DNA of 64,000 nt, from the NCBI GenBank assembly GCA_963514005.1, contig OY740801.1, positions 23,312,001 to 23,376,000 of the forward strand, given 5' to 3'. The notes beneath the pieces were generated by a model. It made no database searches and was not told the origin of the DNA. It worked only from the letters and a program-made list of their open reading frames with translations. Both the position numbers and the translations under genes were made by a program. Origin of the DNA: Raja brachyura. Taxonomy: Eukaryota. This document shows, piece after piece, positions 50,922 through 61,529 of the stretch; the stretch's first letter is position 1; every line of letters starts with the position of its first letter.

Positions 50922-52506
50922 CAGTGCATTCAGAAAGTATTCAGATCCCTTCACATTTTTTTACATTACAGCCTTATTCTAAAATTGATTAAATTCATTT
51001 TTTTAATCATCAATCTATACACAATACCCCATAATAAAAAAAGCGAAAATAGGTGTTGAGAAATTTTTGCAAAGTAATTAAAAATAAATAATTGAAATAT
51101 CACATTTACATAAGTATTCAAACCCTCCACTCAGCACTTTGCTGAGGCACCTTTGGCAGTGATTACAGTCTCAACTCTTTTGGGGTATGATGCTACAAGT
51201 TTGGTACACCTGTACTTGGGTAATGTCTCATTTTCTTCTCTGCAGATCCTCTCACGCTCTGTCAGGTTGGATGAGGAGCATCGACGCATAGATATTTTCA
51301 GGTCCCTCCAGCGATATTAGATCAAGTTCAAGTCCGGGCTCTGGCTGGGCCACTCAAGGACATTCAGACTTGTCACGAAGCCACTCCTGTATTGTCTTGG
51401 CTGTGTGCTTAAGGTCGTTGTTCTGTTGGAAGGTGCATCTCTGCCCCAGTCTGAAGTCCTGAATACTCTGGAGCAGGTTTTCATCAAGGATCTCTCTGTA
51501 CTTTGCTCCGTTCATCTTTCCCTTGATCCTGACTAATCTCCCAGTTCCTGCCGCTGAAAATCATCCCCACAGCATGATGGTGCCACCGCCATGCTTCAAC
51601 GTAGGTATGGTATTGGCCAGGTGATGAGCGGTGACTGGTTTTCTCCAGATGTGACGCGTGGCATTCAGGCCAAAGAGTTCAATCTTGGTTTCATCAGTCC
51701 AGAGAATCTTGTTTCTCATGCCTTTTGGCAAACTCCAAGTGGGCTGTCATGTGCCTTTCACTGAGGAGTGGCCACCATCTGGCCACTCTAACATAAAGGC
51801 CTGATTTGTGGAGTGCTGCAGATACAGTTGTCCTTCTGGAATCCTTCTCCCATCTCCACAGAGGAACTCTGGAGCTCTTCAAAGTGACCATCGGGTTCTT
51901 GGTCCCTTCTACCCCAATTGCTCAGTTTGGCCGGGCAGCCAAATGCCATGAAGAGTCCTGGTGGTTTAAAAGTTCTTCCATTTAAGAATGACGGAGGCCA
52001 CTGTGCTCTTTGGGACCTGCAATGCTGCAGAAATTGTTTTATACCCTTCCCCAAATCTGTGTCTTGACACAATCCTGTCTGTGGTCTACGGACAATTCCT
52101 TCGTCTTCATGGCTTCGTTTTTGCTCTGACATGCACTGTCAACTGCGGGACCTTATATAGACAGGTGTGTGCCTTTCCAAATCATGTACAATCAATTTAA
52201 TTTACCACTGGTGGACTCCAAGTTGTAGAAACATCTCAAGGATAATCAATGGAAACAGGATGAACCTAAGCTCTATTTTGAGTGTCATAGCAAAGCGTCT
52301 GAATACTTATGTAAATGTGATATTTCAGTTATTTATTTTTAATTACTTTGCAAAAATTTCTAAACACCTGTTTTTGCTTTTATATTATGAGGTTTTGTGT
52401 GTAGAATGATGATTAAAAAAAATAATTGAATCTATTTTAGAATAAGGCTGTAATGTAACAAAATGTGGAAAAAGTGAAGGGGCCTGAATACTTTCTGAAT
52501 GCACTG
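50922..52506 (-). mobile_element. Second copy of the same Tc1 family, inverted, decayed
   Basis: Same TIR CAGTGCATTCAGAAAGTATTCA with TA on both sides; reverse complement aligns with the 10780-12390 element throughout. Confidence 0.96.
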
Positions 52507-53142
52507 TATTGGCCAAAACAACAACTAGCCTGTTCCTCTTCAAAATAATGTCATAAATTACATCCATCCGGGTGCATGACAGGTTGGTTTAACATCTCGT
52601 GTTGGAGCAGGCAACGGAGAGAGTGCTTTGCATCTATTGTACTCGAGTGGTTTGTGTTTATAGGGTTGGATGGAACTTGAACCTTCCGATTCAGAGGCAA
52701 GACAATGGCCTATGTAGCCACAGCTGATAAACACATGGGCTCACAAACAACATGAATTTATATAGCGCCCAAAGAGAAAAACATCAACACTTCAAAAGCA
52801 TTATCCAAACAAAGCAAACTAGTAGCCAGGTGAACTGTTTTTCATGGAGCTGAACTCCCAGCTTGTCTTTAACTATCACCATGGGAATTGAATGTATCAC
52901 CAATTCAGTATATGCTGCAACTAACATTGCATCCGAATGACACACCACGGAACATGATTCTTCAAGCATTGCACTGGAAATGTCAATCTGGAATACTCCT
53001 AGGACTCAAACTCATAACATTTGGCGTCAAATGGGAACCTCGGACAAGGTGGTAACCCCACTGTGGGAATGATGGAGAGTAGTAGTGAGTTATGACCCAG
53101 TCAAGCACTGAGGGCAGGTCACTCACACTGCAGTATATGTGA

Positions 53143-53275
53143 ATCAGTCTGAAGAAGGATCTCGACCCAAAACATTACCTATCCATGTTCTCCTGAGATG
53201 CTGCCTGACCCACTGAGCTACTCCAGCACTCTGTGTCTGTTTTTGTAAACCAGCATCTGCAGTTCCTTGTTCTCG
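53143..53275 (+). mobile_element. Penelope-terminus mini-element
   Basis: CAGTCTGAAGAAGGATCTCGACCCAAAAC core; near-TSD GT(A/G)TATGTGA. Confidence 0.75.
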
Positions 53276-53391
53276 TGTATGTGACTGGTTGTTTTCTGCA
53301 TCCGACTTTCTCATCAACTGGAAAGCAGCAAACGATACTTTCAATAATGAATAAATTAACAAAACGAAACAAATTGCAGTTGGAGAATTGT

Positions 53392-53397
53392 TTTATT
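53392..53397 (-). terminator. Candidate DECR2 polyadenylation signal AATAAA
   Basis: tttatt on the + strand. On the minus strand it is followed by a GT/T-rich tract (tttgtttcgttttgtt) about 720 nt after the stop. Confidence 0.4.
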
Positions 53398-53599
53398 GAC
53401 GGTTGGCCAGAGTTAGCACTGATTGGCACAGGATGCTCCAACATACTGACACACGAGGTTGTTGCAGGGACTCCCAATTGTTTACAGGCTGATGATCAGC
53501 TGATGCCCGGTGAAACATTTCCGAAGGTAGAACGAACGGCACGAGGCAGTGAATGAGACCCAAGGGTGACAGCTCTGCTTCAGGATGGCATCGATATTA

Positions 53600-54060
53600 C
53601 TATTGGTTTATTATTGTCAGGTGATACAGTGAACTATCCGTGTACTATCCAGGAAAATCATACCACACATGAGTACAATCAAACCATACACAAGTACAAC
53701 AGATAGTTTGTCATAAACAGAGAAGAGTGCATAATTGTGTCATGGCAACAGAGAAAGTGCAGATTACAAAAAAGTGCAAGGGCTGCAATAAGGTAGATTG
53801 GGGGATCAGAATGACACCCATAGCTTACAAAAGTTCCGATTAGTAGGAGAAGAAGCGGCTCAAGGGTTTATATCTTCTGCCCGACGGGAGAGGGAACAAG
53901 AGGGAATGACTCTGGTGTGAGTGGTCCTTAATTACGTCGGCTGCTTTCCCGAGGTAGCGTGAAGCATGGTCAATGGGGGATAGGGGGCCCGCCGTGGACT
54001 GGGCTACATTGACTGCTCTCGGTGAGTGGGTGTGTGCACGTGCCTTGCTATGCACCGTGA
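53600..54060 (-). mobile_element. Rex1/Babar 3' fragment just downstream of the DECR2 stop
   Basis: IKDHSHQSHSLLFPLPSGRRYK remnant plus the family 3' tail. Confidence 0.7.
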
Positions 54061-54114
54061 TGCATTTGAGATGGTATCCGAACATAGAAACACATTGGTG
54101 ATTCACCTTTGGGT

Positions 54115-54332
54115 TCACAGCTTGGCCGACCTTTGCAGGAGCCCCAGCATGACCGACATGTTGTTGGCTCCGCTAAGCCAATGCCCACCGTCAATCACGA
54201 GCGATGTGCCAGTCACGTACGATGCAGCCGGGCTCACAAGGTACAGCACGCCATGGGCTATTTCCGTCTTTGTCCCCACTCTCTGCAGCGGAATCAGTTT
54301 AAAGTGATCTGTTGCAGCCCTTGCCATACCAC
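54115..54332 (-). CDS. DECR2: DECR2 last coding exon with PTS1 (-AKL*)
   Basis: gcttgccag|GT. Encodes GMARAATDHFKLIPLQRVGTKTEIAHGVLYLVSPAASYVTGTSLVIDGGHWLSGANNMSVMLGLLQRSAKL, then TGA at 54117-54115. Confidence 0.96.
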
Positions 54333-54819
54333 CTGGCAAGCAGACAAGGAACAAGGTTTAGGAATTGCAAAATCCCTTATGCCCCACAATAATCATTTAC
54401 ACAGAAATAATCATTTACCTGGAAAGTGTCTAGGTTTTGCTACATACAAAGAATGGAGAGAATATAGGCGACAAAATCTAGGATGGTTTTAAGGTCCCGT
54501 TGGTAAACAGGATCAATGATGAAGACTCCCAATTTGCAGACACCCAGATAAGGGAAAGAAAGCATACCGTGCTGGAGTAACTCAGTGGATCAGTCAGCAT
54601 CCCTGCAGAACATGGATAAGTGGTATTTCGGGTCAGAACCCTTCTTCAAACTGATTGCGTGGGGTGAGGGGAAGAAAGCTGAAAGAGAGGAGGGACTGGA
54701 CAAAGCCTGGCAGGTAATAGGTTGATACAGGTGAGAGTTTTTTTAACAGGCTGATGGTGGACATTGGCCAGAGATGAAAAGACAGAAGGTGTGTGGCAAA
54801 AGGATTGAGGAGTTGCAAG

Positions 54820-55312
54820 TCACCCCGGTCACTCCGTCTTTTTCCCCCTCTCCCATCAGGCAAGAGGTTCAGAAGTACGCATACCTCCAGGTTCAGGGAC
54901 AGTTTCTTCCCAGCTGTCATCAGGCAACTGAACCATCCTCTCACCAACTAGAGAGCAGTCCTGAGCTGCCCCAGCGACGTCTTTGGAGAGCCTTGGACTA
55001 TCTTTTATCGGAATTCACTGATCTTTATCTTGCACTATTATTCCCTTTATTCTGTATCTGTACACTATGGATGGCTTGATTGTAATGTGTAGGAAAGAAC
55101 TGCAGATGCTGGTTTAAATCGAAGATAAACACAAAATGCTGGAGTAAGTCAGCGGGACAGGCAGCATCTCTGGAGAGAAGGAATGGGTGACATTTCGAGT
55201 CGAGGCTGTTCTTCAGACTCGTTTGTAATCAAGTATAGTCTCTCTGCTGCAAGCAACAAAAAGCTTTTCACTGCACCTCAGTACACATGATAATAAACAA
55301 AACTAAACTAAA
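54820..55312 (+). mobile_element. Rex1/Babar 3' end with nested Penelope mini-element (55087-55222)
   Basis: PLPSGKR...RFRDSFFPAVIR remnant; tail CACATGATAATAAAC(AAACT)n; nested insert flanked by TTGTAAT duplication. Confidence 0.7.
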
Positions 55313-55728
55313 AAGAATTGTGAAGCTAGAGGTGGAAGGGGACTTGGAAGGGAGAAATAGGTGCGAGTCTAGGTGGGGCACGGTGTGGGGGGTGGAGGTT
55401 AGGAAGGGAGAGGGGCTGGGTTTTGCATACCTAGAATTGGAGAATTCATTGTTCATACCGTTGCAGAATATGATAATGGGGTTGGGTGGAAAATTATAGA
55501 TACTCAATTACCACAATTAGAGAAGTATGATGGTGTGAAGGATAACACGACACAAGGAGATCGTGGACAAGGTGGAGACCACGGAGAGAGTGAAAAACAA
55601 GCGTGAACACTTTAAAATTGAGGCTTGGTGAAACAAGAGCCAGTGTAGGTGAACAGTCTCGGGGTGAGGAGCTCACCCATGGCCTTTGTTACCCGAACAC
55701 AATGCTTAGCAGGCATACCGTCTCTTAC

Positions 55729-55833
55729 CCAATTTTCGAAAACCTTCCGTGCCAGAAACAGGGCCCGGTGCTAGACTGTTTACACGGATGTTGTCAGGTC
55801 CCCATTCCACCGCTAGGTGCTTTGTCATTGCAT
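55729..55833 (-). CDS. DECR2: DECR2 internal exon (105 bp)
   Basis: cccttcacag|AT...TTGG|gtaaga. Encodes (D)[34 protein letters not shown](G). Confidence 0.96.
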
Positions 55834-56179
55834 CTGTGAAGGGAGCAAGATGTGATCAATCATGTGCTCATTGTGAAGCAGCAACTCATCGAGTACAGCA
55901 TGCAGCTCCAGAGGTAAATTGTGCAGGTTGTCTCTACCAACCAGTTACCATGTGCTGCTAATGATTGAATGTCCTGGATTGAATCTGTGTTCACAAACCT
56001 ATTGTGCTGCTGCAAGTAAGAATTTCATTGTTCTGCTTCAGTACGTATGACAAAAAAAAACATTCTCAACCCTCTCTGTCTCTCAAGAAGAAGATTCCTT
56101 CATAAACACTATCATAATGATCACCAAAACTGGAACATTTCTCTGAGATGTCGGAGGCTGAGCGGAGACCTGGGAAAAA

Positions 56180-56436
56180 CTTTAGTGATACAGTGTGGAA
56201 ACAGGCCCTTCGGCCCACCGGGTCCGTGCTTACAGCAATCAACCCATACACTAACACTATCCTACACACTAGGCACAATTTACAGCAGCCAATTAACCTA
56301 CAAATCTGTGTGGGAGAAAACCAGTGCGCCCGGCGAAAACCCATGCAGTCACATGGAGAATGTACAAACTCCGTATCGTCAATATCGAACCCGGGTCTCT
56401 GGTGCTGTAAGGTAGCAAATCTACCACTGTGCCACC
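56180..56436 (-). mobile_element. tRNA-derived SINE
   Basis: Reverse-complement match to the 7208 copy. Confidence 0.8.
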
Positions 56437-56439
56437 CAA

Positions 56440-57000
56440 GATTGATTGGTGAAGAAAGGGAGATAGGACTGGGTGGACTGGTGGAAGTGGAATGATCATA
56501 CAATTAGACTGCCAACTGCCCAAGTGGAATACAAGGTACTGTTTTGTACTTTGCATTGGCCCCGTGGTGGTAGCTGAGACCGAGGACAGATAGGGGTGGT
56601 GAGGAAGCAGGAAAGGGGTTGATGTGATGTGAAACTGATTGTTCAATATGGCTATTGCAGTCAAACCACAGTGCTTTGTAAAATGGCCGCCTAGTCTACA
56701 CTTGGTCTTTCCGCTGTAGAGATCACATCGAGAGCATTGAATGCAGTATTCCAGGTGAGAGGAGGTGCAAGGGAATCCGTCTCACCTGCGAGTGCTGCTT
56801 AGCCCCCCAGGTGATGGTGACGGATGAGGACTAGGAACAGGTGCTGCACCTCCCAGAGTGGCAGGCGAACATGCCAGAGGACAGGGAGGGGTTGGTGGAG
56901 ATTAATGAGTGAACCAAGGAGTTATGGACAATGTGGTCTCTGATGAAAGCAGAAATGTGGGCGTTGAAGGGAAGAGGGGAAGATATGCAACTTTCCAAAA
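56440..57000 (-). mobile_element. Older Penelope GIY-YIG fragment
   Basis: Degenerate match to the 59842 element (KQYLVFHLGSWQ; IVHNSLVHS...FACHSGRCSTC). Confidence 0.7.
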
Positions 57001-57074
57001 CTGTCTGGTCAACACACTGCAGGAAGGATGTGAATGCATTGGAGAGGGTGGGGAAGAGATTCACCCAGGGATGG

Positions 57075-57365
57075 AGTTTAGTTTAGGGAGATAAACGCGC
57101 AGTCCACACCAACCATCGAACACCAGTTCACAGTAGTTCTATATTATCCCACTTCCTTATCAACTCCCTACACACTTGGAACATTTTGCAGAGGGCAAAT
57201 TAACTAACAAACACGTCTTTGGGAATTGGGAGGAAACCGGAGCACCCGGAGCAAACCAACACGGCGAGCTTGCAAACTCCACACAGTGGCCAAGGTCAGG
57301 ATTGAACCCATGGATCTGGCACTGTGAGGCAGCAGCTGTGTCTGCCACACCACTGTGCTGCCGTC
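57075..57365 (-). mobile_element. tRNA-derived SINE, degenerate
   Basis: Reverse-complement head GGCAGCACAGTGGTG and V-domain. Confidence 0.7.
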
Positions 57366-57556
57366 CTCAGTTATAAGGATAAACTGGATAAACTGGATAT
57401 TCCAGTTTGTGGCTGTTGATCAGATGTTCGGACAAGTGCCACAACTTCAGTGGAGCATCACATCCCAGTGCTGCGCTGATCCCGGCTGATAATATTTCTG
57501 ACAACAATGACAGAGGTTCAGATCGGCACTGTTTGGTAACTGCAGGAGCTACCTAC

Positions 57557-57650
57557 CTATAGCAGCCTTGGCAGAGCCAGCGTGGACTTGTAGGATCTGC
57601 CCCCTGTAGCCCAGTGTTGCCGTGATGTTCACAATAACGCCGCCGTGGTC
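57557..57650 (-). CDS. DECR2: DECR2 internal exon (94 bp)
   Basis: ttaccccag|GAC...ATAG|gtaggt. Encodes [31 protein letters not shown](D); the HAGSAK signature replaces the classical SDR YxxxK, as in DECR2. Confidence 0.96.
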
Positions 57651-58304
57651 CTGGGGTAACACTCAGGGTTAGGAACATCAGACACAACATTCCACAAACT
57701 TTGGCAGCAACTTCCATTGGACTTTCACTCACACATTTTAACAAACATCACATATGGTGCTGCTAAATTTGATCAGATTATTGGTCCCGTTTCCTACATT
57801 GCAGCCTGATAGTAATTTGAGTTGGAGGCACAATAAATTGCAGATGCTGGAATCTTGAGCAAAACACAAAGTGCTGCAGGAACTCAGAGGGTCAGGAAGC
57901 ATCTGCAGAGGGAATGGACAAGAGAAGTTTTTGGGTTAGGATCCTCCTTCAGACGGTTCAGAAAATTTAGTTGAGTTGTTTGCAATTTTGTGTTCTGTTG
58001 CTGCAGCAAGAACTGTTGCAAGAACTGGTTTCCGGCAAAGCATAGTTCACTCACAACTCCCAGCCAGAAGTTAAACTAAACTGCCTCGTAGTGTCATACA
58101 GTACAGGAACAGGCCCCTTAGTCCATCATGTCTGCTGAATGTAGTATTGTTCTGCATTCATCCCATTCACCCGCATTTGGCCAAATGCCTTCCCTGCCTG
58201 GACAAGTCTGGTGCTTCCTAAATGTGGTGAGAATCCCTCTCTACCACCGCCTGAAAGATTCCAACAACTCCCTGTGAAAATAAATTCCCATAGATCCCCT
58301 CTGA

Positions 58305-58730
58305 ACCATGACATGAGAACAGAATCAGGCCATTCGGCCCATTGAGTCTGCTCTGCCAATCAACCATGGCTGATCTATCTTTCCCTCTCAACCCCATTCT
58401 CCTACCTTCTCCCTGTATCCCTTAACACACTTATTAATCACGAAATTATCAAGCTATAAAAATGACTTGGCCTCCACTACCATCTGAATCAATGAATTCA
58501 ACAGATTCACCACTTTCTGGTTAAAGAAATTCCAACTCATCTCCACTCTAAAAGTGTGTCTTTTTATTCTGTGGCTGTGGCCTCTGGTCCTAGACTCTCC
58601 CACTACTGGAAACATCCTCTCCACGACCACTCTCTCTAGGTCTTTCATTATTCGGTAGGTTTCAATGAGATCCCCTCTCATCCTTCTAAACCCGAGCGTG
58701 TACCAGCCCAGAGCCTTCAAATGCTCCTCC
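58305..58730 (-). mobile_element. CR1 LINE 3' end
   Basis: RRMRGDLIETYRIMK...ESRTRGHS...FFNQKVVNL.NSL. Confidence 0.88.
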
Positions 58731-59285
58731 CACTTGCCTTATACCTTTTTTGACACTGCCACCATAGGAAAAGGTTCACCCTGCACCATCAACCCCCCAC
58801 AGAATTATGTACTGGATTATTAGGGGGAAATGTTAGTTTATTTATCCAACTAAAGCCCAGGATACCACCCATCATAGGGCCATGGGTTGCATGGTCAACT
58901 GCACCTCCACCCCAACCTACAGGAGGTGCAAGGATCACAAAGGGGCACTCCTGGTGTGTGGGACTCAGCTGATGAGCTATCAGCAGAACTTCCAAAGATT
59001 GGCTTCACAGAGACTGCAGATGCTGGAATCTTAAGCAAAACACAAAGCGCTTGAGTAACTCAGCAGATCAGGCAGCATCTGTGCAGGAGCAAAGAGGTGA
59101 CATTTCAGGTCAGGACCCTTCTTCTCAAGGGCGTCAATTTGAGCCTGGATCCCAGTGCCCCATCTGTAGTGATAAAACCTGGTCACCCCCTGAAAGAGGT
59201 GGGAGATAACAATTAATTCTGTGGTAAAGGTCCTTGCTATTGAGAGGCCGAGAAATCAACCAGAACAGTTAAACTTGTTACTTAA

Positions 59286-59550
59286 GTCTTTAGACTTGAG
59301 ACACAGCGTGGAAACAGGCCCTTCGGCCCACCGAGATCACCCTGTACACTAGCACTATCCTACACACTAGGGACAATTTACAATTTTTACAGTAGCCAAT
59401 TACCCTACAAACCTGTATGTCTTTACAGTGTGGGAGGAAACCGGAGAAAACTCAAGCAGCTACAGGGAGAACGTACAAACTCCCTCAAGACAGCACCCAT
59501 AGTCAAGATCAAATCCGGGTCTCTGGCGCTGTAAGGCAGCAGCTCTACCG
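59286..59550 (-). mobile_element. tRNA-derived SINE
   Basis: Reverse-complement head GGGCGGCACAGTGGGGCAGCGGTAGAGCTGCTGCC; V-domain; tail. Confidence 0.82.
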
Positions 59551-59650
59551 CTGCCCCACTGTGCCGCCCTCTGTCAGACAATCAGACAGTAGTACCCAAC
59601 GACAGAAGCAAGAAGCGTCCATTCCTTCCAGCTGTGGAAACAAGGCTCAC

Positions 59651-59775
59651 CTTCAACCACTTCTGGTACAAGATTTTGCTGGTGTTGAAGGTCCCCATGG
59701 TGTCGATCTCCAGGACGGTTTTGAAAGCATTGAATGATAGTCCACTGGCCGGGCAGAGGAAGTTTCCTGCAGCAC
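59651..59775 (-). CDS. DECR2: Peroxisomal 2,4-dienoyl-CoA reductase, internal exon (125 bp)
   Basis: cttgccccag|GT...AAG|gtgagc. Encodes [41 protein letters not shown] (SDR NAG region, DECR2-like). Confidence 0.95.
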
Positions 59776-59841
59776 CTGGGGCAAGAAAGGAGGATCAAAT
59801 AATGGAGTGATTGACAGCTGTAGTGATATTGCCACAGAATT

Positions 59842-60899
59842 TTCATTCTTCAGAGAATGGGGATTCCCCTCCCCCACTATAGATGAGGCTCTCAACAGGG
59901 TCTCCTCCATACCCCGCAACTGCCCTCTCTCCCCATTCCCCCACGCACAACAAGGGCAGAGTTCCCCTGGTCCTCACCTTTCACCCCACCAGCCGGCACA
60001 TACAACACATAGTCCTCCGCCAGTTTCGCCACCTCCAACGTGACCCCTCCACTCGCCACATCTTCCCATCTCCCCCCGTCTGCCTTCCGCAAAGACCGCT
60101 CCCTCCGCAACTCCCTTGTCAATTGTTCCCTTCCCTCCCGCTCCACCCCTTCCCCGGGCACTTTCCCTTGCAACCGCAAGAGATGCTACACTTGTCCCTT
60201 CACCTCCCCCATCCACTCCTTTCAGGGACCCAAGCAGTCCTTCCAGGTCCGACAGAGGTTCACCTGCACCTCCTCCAACCTCATCTACTGCATCCGTTGC
60301 TCCAGATGCCAGCTGATCTATATCGGTGAGAAGAACGGAGGCTTGGCGATCGTTTCGCCGAACACCTCCGCTCGGTCCGCAATAACCAACCCGACCTCCC
60401 GGTGGCTCAGAACTTCAACTCCCCCCCCCCATTTCGTATCCGACCTCTCGGTCCTGGGCCTCCTCCACGGCCAGAGTGAGCAACACCGCAAGTTGGACGA
60501 ACAGCACCTCATATTCCGCTTGGGGAGTCTGCATCCTCTGGGCTTAAACATTGAATTTGCTCAATTCTGTTAACCCTGGCTGTCTCCTCCCCTTCCCACC
60601 TCTCCATCAGCCCTCGGGCCCTGGCATTCCTTCTCTCTCTATCTCTCCCCCACCCAAGTCGCACCAGCTTCTCATTTTCACACTACAAACAGCTTACAAT
60701 GGCCTGTTTCCTTCATCATCGATACTTTTTTGCATATCTTTCATTCATTGTTTTTATCTCTCCACATCACCGTCTATATCTCTTGTTTCCCTGATCCCTA
60801 ACCAGTCTGAAGAAGGGTCTCGACCCAAAACGTCGCCTATCTCCTTCGCTCCTTAGATGCTGCTGCACCTGCTGAGTTTCTCCAGCCTTTTGTGTACCT
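59842..60899 (+). mobile_element. Penelope-like element, 5'-truncated (GIY-YIG endonuclease + terminal pLTR)
   Basis: CNRKRCYTC, FTCTSSNLIYCIRCSRCQLIYIGE, RF.EH, LIFRLGSLHPLGLNIEF. 13-bp TSD TTGCCACAGAATT at 59829-59841 and 60900-60912. Confidence 0.93.
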
Positions 60900-60992
60900 T
60901 TGCCACAGAATTATCTTTCTATGTTACTGCATAGAAAATAAGTAATTTAATTGCTGAAAAGCAGAGATCCAAGGGCTTAGTAATTTATAGGG

Positions 60993-61210
60993 TGTGTAGG
61001 AAGGAATTGCAGATGCTGGTTAAAACCGAAGATAGACACAAAATGCTGGAGTAACTCAGCGAGACAGGCAGCATCTCTGGAGAGAAGGAATGGGTGGCAT
61101 TTCGGGTCGAGACTGTTTGAAGACAGGTCTCGACCCAAAATGTCAGCCATTCCTTCTCTCCAGAGATGCTGATGCCTCACTGAGTTACTCCAGCATTTTG
61201 TGTCTATCTT
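60993..61210. mobile_element. Inverted pair (fold-back) of Penelope termini
   Basis: ~85-bp inverted arms AAGATAGACACAAAATGCTGGAGTAACTCAG...CTGAGTTACTCCAGCATTTTGTGTCTATCTT around the core. Confidence 0.8.
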
Positions 61211-61529
61211 TGGGTTAATAATTTAGTACCTTTTAGAAGTCTAAGTTATTTGGTCTTCAACCAAAAAGCCAAAGTACTACGAGATTACGTAAGATGTTTT
61301 CAATTTATACTTTTGGGTCCTTCCTGGTCTGTGGGACTAAATTGATGACTAATTTACAAGCAGAGGGACAAGGAGACCTCCAAAGAAAGGCTTCAACTCG
61401 AGCCAGGAACCCTGCTCCCCACCTGGAGTGACAAGACATCGTAACCATGACTGAAGACGGTACTGCACAGTCACAGGGAGAGTCAGGACCATATGTTCCG
61501 CTGGATACTTGTCAATAGCGTCACGGTGC

